Below are positions 1 to 6,659 of a DNA stretch of 24,000 nucleotides, piece after piece. Both the position numbers and the translations under genes were made by a program. Position 1 is the first letter of the stretch, and each line of letters opens with the position of its first letter. Under the pieces are notes generated by a model. That model was not told the origin of the DNA. It was given only the letters and a program-made list of their open reading frames with translations, and made no database searches. This stretch comes from Verrucomicrobiota bacterium (GTDB lineage Bacteria; Verrucomicrobiota; Verrucomicrobiia; Chthoniobacterales; SZAS-18). The DNA is taken from positions 7,620-31,619 of the forward strand of contig JAFAXH010000150.1 in NCBI GenBank assembly GCA_019241085.1. The letters run 5' to 3'.

Positions 1-801
1 CGGATAGAGCGCGTGCGTCACGGTTTCCGCGGGCGAGCGGCGAATGCCGATTTCCACGATCTCCGGCTCCGTCATCGCCCAGTTCACGAGCGTCTGGATT
101 TCCGGCGGGATGGTGGCGGAAAAGAGCAGCGTCTGGCGTTTGTCGCGCGGCGGGCATTGTTCCAAAATGCGGCGCACGTCGGGCAGGAATCCCATGTCGA
201 GCAGGCGGTCCGCTTCATCGAGCACAACCGTTTGCAAGTGCTGCAACGACAACTCGCCGCGTTCTAAAAAATCGAGCATCCGGCCCGGCGTGCCGACCCA
301 GATGTCCATGCCCTTTTGCAGCAACTCGACCTGCTTGGCGTAGCCGACGCCGCCATACATCACGCCGACGCGCAGCGGGCTGAATTTGGTGAACGTGCGA
401 AATGCTTCCTCCACCTGCAAGGCCAGCTCCCGCGTCGGCTCGATGACCAGTGCGCGCGGCCCCGCGAACGTCGGCTGCTTTTGCCCGCCGCGACTCCGGC
501 TGTCGCCGCGGCTTCGCCTGCCACGCGGATGGTGTCCTTCCGTTTCGAGCTTCGGACTTCGGGCTTCGGACTTCCCGTCGCCGTCCGCGGCGACGGGCTT
601 TGGTGGTTGGTCGAGGCGCGAAATGATCGGCAGCGCGAAAGCCGCTGTCTTGCCCGTGCCTGTCTGCGCCGAGCCGATCAGGTCGCGGCCCGAGAGCACG
701 ACTGGGATGGCGCGTTCCTGAATGGGCGTGGGTTCAACATAACCCGCCGCGCGCACGGCCAGCCGGGCGTCTTCGGACAACGAAAGCTCGTCAAATAACA
801 T
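1..801 (-). CDS. DEAD-box ATP-dependent RNA helicase, N-terminal 267 codons (remainder lies beyond window start)
   Basis: Absent from the ORF track because no stop lies in the window. My reverse-complement translation from ATG at 801-799 reads MLFDELSLSEDARLAVRAAGYVEPTPIQERAIPVVLSGRDLIGSAQTGTGKTAAFALPII...ALVIEPTRELALQV...VGTPGRMLDF...VVLDEADRLLDMGF...TLLFSATIP. The Q motif and motifs I, Ia, Ib, II (DEAD) and III (SAT) appear in canonical order. The frame is open to position 1. Confidence 0.9.
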   Translation of the reverse strand, partial: MLFDELSLSEDARLAVRAAGYVEPTPIQERAIPVVLSGRDLIGSAQTGTGKTAAFALPIISRLDQPPKPVAADGDGKSEARSPKLETEGHHPRGRRSRGDSRSRGGQKQPTFAGPRALVIEPTRELALQVEEAFRTFTKFSPLRVGVMYGGVGYAKQVELLQKGMDIWVGTPGRMLDFLERGELSLQHLQTVVLDEADRLLDMGFLPDVRRILEQCPPRDKRQTLLFSATIPPEIQTLVNWAMTEPEIVEIGIRRSPAETVTHALYP

Positions 802-818
802 GAGCCGGCAATGAACCG

Positions 819-2009
819 TCAAACGGCGCGGGCGGCAATGGTTAAATCCGGGGCGCGATCGCCTTGGGCCGCTGAATCCGTTTTTTCCCTCGCTTCACTC
901 GCTTCTTCGCGTCGCAATTTTTTCTCGGCCTTCGGGTGCAGCCCGTGCTCGCGGCCGCTCGAACGCAGCCGGATTGTCTTGGTCGTCAAATCATGGTGCG
1001 ACTTGATGAAACGCACCGTGCGGCTCTTCGCCCGCATGAGCACGGAATGCGTGACGACTGTCGTCCCACGCACCTGCACGCCGGGCAGGAGCGCGCTGTC
1101 GCTGATGCCGGTCGCGCAAAAAATAATGTGCCGCCCATGCGCGAGATCATCGGCGAAAAAGACGCGCGAAAAATCCACCGCCGTCAGCCCGGCATCGAGC
1201 AGTTCCTGCCGCTCCGCATTATCGCGCGGCCACATCGTCGCCTGGAGATCGCCGCCGAGACATTTGATGCCTGCCGCGGCGAGCACCGCTTCCGGCGCGC
1301 CGCCCACGCCGAGGTAAAGGTCGATGCCGCTCTCCGGCAAGCTCGGCGCCATCGCCGCCGTGATGTCGCCGTCGCCGATCATGCGCAATGCCGCGCCGAC
1401 ACTGCGCACTTCCTCGATAAGTTTGGCGTGCCGTGGACGGTCCATCACCACCACGACGACATCCTGCACGCGTTTGTGCAGCGCGTGCGCGACTTCGATG
1501 ATCGTCTCCTCGACAGTGTTTTGCACCGAGAGGGAATTCACTCCACGCAGCTTCATGTGCGCGACGACCTTGGGACCATACGCAAGCTTCATCATGTAAA
1601 AGCTCGGGATGTCTTGCATCGACGTTTTCTGTCCTTCCGCCGGACTGGCGGCGGCAATGCACGAGATGGAATTCGGCGCGCCCTTGGCGATGTTCGTCGT
1701 GCCGTCGATGGGATCGATGGCAAGGTCAAATTTCGGGCTGCCGGGAATCCAGCGCCCGAGGTGTTCGCCTTTGAAAATGCCCGGCGCGTTGTCCTTGATT
1801 CCCTCGCCGATGACGACCTCGCCGCAGATATCCACGAGGTCGAACATCCCGCGCATCGCGTCGCACGCCGCCTGGTCGGCCAGCTCTTTCTGACCACGCC
1901 CGAGCCAGTCAATCGAATTCAACGCCGCGGCTTCGGTGGCACGGACAAAGTCAAACTCCAGGATGCGCTCGATGTCTTCGAGCGGGGTAAGACGATGTTT
2001 GATTTTCAT
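819..2009 (-). CDS. glpX: Class II fructose-1,6-bisphosphatase (GlpX family) with about 55-aa charged C-terminal extension
   Basis: 396-aa ORF with GlpX-type motifs: RATEAAALNSIDWLGRGQKELADQAACDAMR, DLAIDPIDGTTN, IGDGDI, GVGGAPEAVLAAAGIKCLGG. It ends 17 nt upstream of the helicase start on the same strand. Confidence 0.9.
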   Translation of the reverse strand: MKIKHRLTPLEDIERILEFDFVRATEAAALNSIDWLGRGQKELADQAACDAMRGMFDLVDICGEVVIGEGIKDNAPGIFKGEHLGRWIPGSPKFDLAIDPIDGTTNIAKGAPNSISCIAAASPAEGQKTSMQDIPSFYMMKLAYGPKVVAHMKLRGVNSLSVQNTVEETIIEVAHALHKRVQDVVVVVMDRPRHAKLIEEVRSVGAALRMIGDGDITAAMAPSLPESGIDLYLGVGGAPEAVLAAAGIKCLGGDLQATMWPRDNAERQELLDAGLTAVDFSRVFFADDLAHGRHIIFCATGISDSALLPGVQVRGTTVVTHSVLMRAKSRTVRFIKSHHDLTTKTIRLRSSGREHGLHPKAEKKLRREEASEAREKTDSAAQGDRAPDLTIAARAV

Positions 2010-2367
2010 AAGGGGGGAAACTCAGCTCTTAATTGTGCCGCCTCTGTCGGCGGAAGACAAGCCAGCGGGAGCGAGGCGGAGTTGCCCGACTTTTTGGAAG
2101 CAGCCCTGGCGCAAAGTCTCAGCGGCCTCCTTCCCCTTCATGAAACTTCACCAATGCGTTTTCGCTGGGTTTACGTCGCTCCGTCATTGAACGAGTTTGC
2201 AGAGATGCTTGAGTTATGACGTCGCCTCACCCTGCGCAGCAGCGAACTAGAAACCCATGCCGCACAATCAGCCTCGCATCCGGCAGCTTGGAGTGAATGA
2301 ATCGCGCTGTGTTCCCGACGCAAATCACTCGCCACGTCACCAGCCAAGCAGGTGCGAAACCGCTGCC

Positions 2368-2904
2368 ATGGTCCGTTTCACAGCGAAACTCCTCCGGCCG
2401 GCGGCGACCGCGCGGACTGGCGCGTGGACCTTTCTCATCCTGCCCAAGGAGGCCAGTGCGCAACTGCCTTCGCGGGGCATGACGACGGTGGAAGGCACGC
2501 TCAATGGCTGCCCCTTTCGCGCGACGCTCGCACCCGACGGCCAGCAGAGCCATTGGCTTAAGGTGGACGGGAAGTTGCGCGCCGCGGCGGGCGCGGAGGC
2601 CGGCGATGTCGTCACGCTGGAGATCGCGCCGGTGGGAGTGGAACCGGAACCGAGGGTCCCGACGGAATGGCGGAAGGCGCTGGCGGCGGCTGATCCGAAG
2701 GCGCGGGCGTTGTGGCCGGCCATCACGCCCGTCGCGCGCCGGGATTGGATTCACTGGATGACCTCCGCCAGGCAGGCAGAGACCCGCGCGCGTCGGATCG
2801 CCCAGGCCTGCGAGATGCTCGCGGCTGGGAAGCGCCGCCCTTGCTGCTTTGATCGGTCTGGGTTCTATAGTAAAAGCTTTCGTGCTCCCGAAGCAGCGGG
2901 CTAG
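2368..2904 (+). CDS. DUF1905 / YdeI (OmpD-associated)-like protein
   Basis: Track ORF 2257-2904. I prefer the internal ATG at 2368 (MVRFTAKLLRP...), because the upstream 37 codons are Arg/Pro-rich and look non-coding. The N-terminal DUF1905-like segment is AWTFLILPKEAS...VEGTLNGCPFRATL. The YdeI-type C-terminus is WPAITPVARRDWIHWMTSARQAETRARRI. The family call is from memory of these families. Confidence 0.7.
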   Translation: MVRFTAKLLRPAATARTGAWTFLILPKEASAQLPSRGMTTVEGTLNGCPFRATLAPDGQQSHWLKVDGKLRAAAGAEAGDVVTLEIAPVGVEPEPRVPTEWRKALAAADPKARALWPAITPVARRDWIHWMTSARQAETRARRIAQACEMLAAGKRRPCCFDRSGFYSKSFRAPEAAG

Positions 2905-2957
2905 GTCAGGCCCGCTTGTCTTTCCGCCGCCGCTGAGTTTTGATCGTGCTTGATCGC

Positions 2958-4700
2958 ATGACTGCGGACTCTTCCTCCAACCTCGACCGGCGGACGTTCC
3001 TGCACCTCGTGGGCGGAGTTTGCGCCGTGTCCGCCCTGGACGCCTCGCCCCGGAACCTCCAAGCCGCGGAAGGAAGCGCCGCAGCAGACCGGAGCGCCTT
3101 TCCCGTGGCCATCCGCGTCGATGCGGGCAGGGCGTTGGGGGCATTGAAACCGATCTGGCGTTTCTTCGGCGCGGATGAGCCGAACTACGCCACGATGCAG
3201 GATGGCCGGAAGCTGCTCGCCGACCTCGGGAAGTTGCGCCCGCGGGAAACCTATTTCCGCACGCACAACCTGCTCTGCACCGGCGACGGCACGGCGGTGT
3301 TGAAATGGGGCAGCACGAATATCTATACCGAGGATGCGCAGGGAAATCCCGTCTATGACTGGACTATCGTGGACTCGATTTTCGACGCCTATCTGGAGCG
3401 CGGCGTGCGGCCTCTGGTGCAGCTTGGTTTCATGCCGCAGGCGTTGTCCATTCACCCGGAGCCTTATCAGCACCATTGGAGACCGGGCCTGCCATACAAG
3501 GAGATCATCGCTGGCTGGGCCTATCCGCCGAAGGATTACGACAAGTGGCGGGAGTTGATCTTCCAATGGACGAAACATTGCCTGGAGCGTTACGGGCGGG
3601 AGGAAGTGGAGCAATGGTATTGGGAAGTGTGGAACGAGCCGAACAGCGACTATTGGAAAGGGACGCGCGAGGAATTCCACAAGCTCTATGACTATGCCGT
3701 GGATGGCCTGCGGCGGGCGCTCCCCAAGGCCAGAGTCGGCGGCGCGCACACGGCGGGGCCGGGCGGAGAGTTTCAAAGGGAATTTCTGACTCACTGCCTG
3801 CGCGGCACGAACTACGCCACGGGAGAAGCCGGCACGCCGCTGGACTTCGTGGCGTTTCATGCCAAAGGCGCGCCGACGTTTGCGGACGGACACGTGCGCA
3901 TGGGCATCGCCAGCCAGCTCCGCGCGCTCGATGGCGGCTTTGCCATCGCGGCTGCGTTTCCCGAACTCAAGGGCGTGCCCGTCATCATTGGCGAGTCCGA
4001 TCCCGATGGCTGCGCGGCCTGCCAGGGTCCGCAACTCGGTTATCGCAACACGACGATGTATGCCAGCTACACGGCGGCAGTGTTCGCCCGGCATCACGAC
4101 CTGGCGGCGCAACGGGGCGTCAACCTCGAAGGCGCGGTCACTTGGGCGTTTGAATTCGAGGATCAACCTTATTTCGCCGGCTTCCGGGTGCTGGCGAGCC
4201 ACGGGCTGACGCTGCCGGTTTTCAACGTGTTTCGCATGTTCAGCAAGCTGGGCGGGAAGCGGATCGCGGCGGAAAGTTCCGCGGCCGCGAACCTGGAAGT
4301 GATGATGAAGGAAGGTGTCCGCAGCGCGCCCGACGTGGCGGCGCTGGCCTCGCGCGACGGAAAGAAGCTGGGCATCCTATGCTGGCATTATCATGACGAC
4401 GATTTTCCCGGCCCCGCTGCCGCCGTGTCTCTCGAAATCCAGGGGATTCCCAAGGAAGTTGCCAGGGTGCATCTGCACCATTTCCGCATTGACCATGAGC
4501 ACAGCAATGCATTCACCGCCTGGCAGCGCCTAGGCGCTCCACAGTCGCCGTCTGCACAACAATACGCCGAGTTGGAAAAGGCCAGCCTGTTAGCTCAACT
4601 GGAACCGGTTCGGGAAATGAACGTAGAGAATGGACAGGGCGTTCTTTGCTTTGCATTGCCGCGCCAGGCTGTTTCCTTGGTAATGGTCGAATGGGAATAG
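2958..4700 (+). CDS. Glycoside hydrolase, GH39-like (clan GH-A), Tat-exported
   Basis: Track ORF 2940-4700 starts at TTG; ATG at 2958 gives MTADSSSNLDRRTFLHLVGGVCAVSALDA, a twin-arginine signal. WYWEVWNEPN matches the GH39/clan-A acid-base motif, and VIIGESDPDG is a candidate nucleophile region. Confidence 0.8.
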   Translation: MTADSSSNLDRRTFLHLVGGVCAVSALDASPRNLQAAEGSAAADRSAFPVAIRVDAGRALGALKPIWRFFGADEPNYATMQDGRKLLADLGKLRPRETYFRTHNLLCTGDGTAVLKWGSTNIYTEDAQGNPVYDWTIVDSIFDAYLERGVRPLVQLGFMPQALSIHPEPYQHHWRPGLPYKEIIAGWAYPPKDYDKWRELIFQWTKHCLERYGREEVEQWYWEVWNEPNSDYWKGTREEFHKLYDYAVDGLRRALPKARVGGAHTAGPGGEFQREFLTHCLRGTNYATGEAGTPLDFVAFHAKGAPTFADGHVRMGIASQLRALDGGFAIAAAFPELKGVPVIIGESDPDGCAACQGPQLGYRNTTMYASYTAAVFARHHDLAAQRGVNLEGAVTWAFEFEDQPYFAGFRVLASHGLTLPVFNVFRMFSKLGGKRIAAESSAAANLEVMMKEGVRSAPDVAALASRDGKKLGILCWHYHDDDFPGPAAAVSLEIQGIPKEVARVHLHHFRIDHEHSNAFTAWQRLGAPQSPSAQQYAELEKASLLAQLEPVREMNVENGQGVLCFALPRQAVSLVMVEWE

Positions 4701-4972
4701 GAAACGATTGATCATTGCTGCCACTACCGAATCCAAGGCATGGCAGGTAGTTTGCGAAATCACCAAGAAAGCGTCATTCATTAGCTTCCTTGCTCTGCAG
4801 CTTCCTTTCACTCCTGCCATGAAGATTCGTGCCGAGTCGGCTTTGACACCGAGGCGCAGACCAAAACGCAGGCCGATGTCATGTCGGAAAACTCAAGTGC
4901 TACGGTTGGGCTTACATCGTGGTTGATATTTAGAGCATCTACCAAAACCTGATTTTCTGGTAGGTTTGGCGC

Positions 4973-5161
4973 ATGGCCAAGCCGTTGGTGAATGACAAGT
5001 TATGGGAGGAAATCGAGCCGCTTTGCCGCCGGTGCCGCCGCGTCCACGCGGTGGCCGACCCCGCCTCCCGGACCGGGTGTTCGGTTTTCGTTCGACGACA
5101 TCTGTGTGAGGTGGACGTTGCGCATGAAGAGTTGCTGGTTGCTGTCGGCTCAAAAATTTGA
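4973..5161 (+). pseudogene. IS5-family (IS427/IS1031-like, DUF4096-type N-terminus) transposase relic, frameshifted and truncated
   Basis: Frame 1 reads MAKPLVNDKLWEEIEPL. After an apparent 1-nt deletion near 5021-5023, the next frame reads LPPVPPRPRGGRPRLPDRV then stops. Together these reproduce the typical N-terminus of IS5-family transposases (..LWExIEPLLPPxxxRxRGGRPRxxDR..). No DDE domain follows; the EamA gene stop is at 5173. Similarity beyond about 5080 is unclear. Confidence 0.5.
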
Positions 5162-5172
5162 ACCGCGCGACG

Positions 5173-6105
5173 CTAAGCCTCGGGCGTCGTGGTGGCCATT
5201 TCATCCAGTTCACGTTTGCCAACGCGAGTGGTGGCAATGGCGCGAATGGCAACGATCGCTCCCGCCACCACCAGCGCGCCGGCCACATAGAAAGCGGAAC
5301 GCGGCACTTCACCAAAAAAGTAATAAGCCAGCGCGCCGGCGAAGAGGAATTGGAACAAGTTGACGATGCTGACGACTTGTCCGCGCACATGCTTCATCGC
5401 ATAATTGTAAATGGAGTGACCCAGGATGGTTGGAACCAATGCCTGTCCGAGCACGAGGAGATATTCCCGCGGTGGCTGCGGGCGGAACGGATCCGCCATG
5501 AACAACGCGATCACCAGGCAGATCAATCCGGCAACCGCGTAGAGTGGCACCAAATACAACCAGATGCTCGGGAACCCGCGATTCACGCGGCCTTGAGCGA
5601 GATAGTAGCTAAAGAGCAGCATCGACACGAAGCACGTCACATCGCCCCACCAGCTCTGGCGGCTGACGCTGAAGTCGGCCGCGCTCAACCAGGCGGCGCC
5701 GCCGAGGGCTACCAGCGTGCCCAGCAACTCGGCTCGCGAGATGACTTCACCGACCATGAAGTAGAGCAGGAACGGCATCACGACCGGCACCATGCAAACA
5801 ATCAGCGTGGCGTTCGCGGCGTGCGTCCACTGCGCACCCTGCGTCCAAGTGATGAAGTGCAGCGCCAGTCCTAACGCCGGCGGCAGCACCACGCGCAAAT
5901 GGCGCGCCATAGATTCGTTGCGATATTTCTTGAGGTTGCGGAAGTAGAAAGGAGCAAGCAGCAGCGCGGATAACAGCAGGCGATAGGCGGAAAGAACGGC
6001 GGGATGCAAATGACTGGCTTTAATCATCACCACCGCGGTGGCTCCGCAGAAGACACCGAAGGGAAGCAGGAGAATGGCCGACGCGGAGGGATGACGATGA
6101 TTCAA
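5173..6105 (-). CDS. EamA/DMT-superfamily transporter (10-TM type)
   Basis: 310-aa hydrophobic ORF with two EamA-like halves (…VVMIKASHLHPAVLSAYRLLLSALLLAPFYF… and …LLFSYYLAQGRV…ILGHSIYNYAMKHV…). The start is TTG at 6105-6103. An in-frame stop at 6168-6166 precludes any start upstream of 6166, and I saw no ATG/GTG/TTG start codon between that stop and 6105. Confidence 0.8.
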   Translation of the reverse strand: MNHRHPSASAILLLPFGVFCGATAVVMIKASHLHPAVLSAYRLLLSALLLAPFYFRNLKKYRNESMARHLRVVLPPALGLALHFITWTQGAQWTHAANATLIVCMVPVVMPFLLYFMVGEVISRAELLGTLVALGGAAWLSAADFSVSRQSWWGDVTCFVSMLLFSYYLAQGRVNRGFPSIWLYLVPLYAVAGLICLVIALFMADPFRPQPPREYLLVLGQALVPTILGHSIYNYAMKHVRGQVVSIVNLFQFLFAGALAYYFFGEVPRSAFYVAGALVVAGAIVAIRAIATTRVGKRELDEMATTTPEA

Positions 6106-6149
6106 AGTGACGGGTGTGTTGTGAAATTCGCTAATTCGGCGTCGGCGAG

Positions 6150-6179
6150 CAGAAACGCTTTGCGATCACTGCGTTTCTG
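6150..6179. repeat. 9-bp perfect stem (CAGAAACGC / GCGTTTCTG) with 12-nt loop
   Basis: Read directly: cagaaacgc-tttgcgatcact-gcgtttctg, followed on the plus strand by tttg. It lies about 45 nt upstream of the EamA TTG start (minus strand). Confidence 0.6.
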
Positions 6180-6188
6180 TTTGCCAGC

Positions 6189-6279
6189 GGTAGTGTCTCA
6201 GTTTGAAAATTGCGTTACCGTTAAGTCCTTGAATTCCAAGCGGAGAATCTGTGCGTTGCTTACAAACTGAGACACTACC
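6189..6279. repeat. 17-bp perfect inverted repeat GGTAGTGTCTCAGTTTG ... CAAACTGAGACACTACC with 57-nt spacer
   Basis: Arms at 6189-6205 and 6263-6279 are exact reverse complements, checked base by base. Pairing does not extend beyond either end. The spacer contains a small cttg-aattc-caag hairpin. The local line 6181-6240 is about 43% GC. Confidence 0.8.
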
Positions 6280-6459
6280 ACCTTGCGGATCATCTCCCGC
6301 TCGTCCCAAAGATGAGTTTTTCTCCGGTGAGATCATTATCCGACCGGGCGATTTTCGCGACCGAGTGAAGTGTCGTTATGAAACTCGTCCGCTTTTTCTT
6401 GCCGCTGGCGAAAGTGTGGACATAGTAACGTTGATTTTGATGCCAATACTTATCAACCA

Positions 6460-6551
6460 GGAAGAGTGGCTGAGCCCGGTTTAAGGCACTCGACTCGAAA
6501 TCGAACGAAGGGTAAAACCTTCCGTGGGTTCGAATCCCACCTCTTCCGCCA
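6460..6551 (+). tRNA. tRNA-Ser (anticodon CGA), type II with long variable arm, CCA encoded
   Basis: Manual cloverleaf. Acceptor GGAAGAG/CTCTTCC. 3-bp D stem with a GG-containing loop. Anticodon stem tcga/tcga plus one C-A mismatch, loop CU-CGA-AA. Variable stem gaagg/ccttc. T arm GTGGG-TTCGAAT-CCCAC. Discriminator G, then CCA. Confidence 0.9.
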
Positions 6552-6659
6552 CTTCTTGCATCGAGGCCAAGAACAGCGTGCCCGGTCGGCGTGACGCTGC
6601 TTGAGCCGGGAACGGATCGCAGTTATTTCTTTGTTTCAGCGACCCCGCCTGACCTTTCT

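Noticed and set aside
2901-4202. 433-aa minus-strand ORF antisense to the GH39 gene
   Set aside because: It is Arg/Ala/Pro/Gly-rich with no motifs and fully overlaps a well-supported plus-strand gene. This is a typical high-GC shadow ORF.
6290-6460. Start-less 56-codon minus-strand reading frame (LVDKYWHQNQRYYVHTFASGKKKRTSFITTLHSVAKIARSDNDLTGEKLIFGTSGR*) abutting the tRNA
   Set aside because: It looks protein-like only because the DNA is AT-richer. It has no start codon before running antisense into the tRNA. The faint HTFAS resemblance to tyrosine-recombinase box II has the wrong spacing to any catalytic Tyr region. It may be a gene relic but cannot be supported.
4722-6540. Short shared strings (CACTACC at 4722 and 6273; CGAATCC at 4728 and in the tRNA T-arm at 6530) as possible att-like direct repeats bounding an island
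   Set aside because: These are only 7-mers, expected by chance. The patch lies on the 5' side of the tRNA, not the usual 3' integration side.
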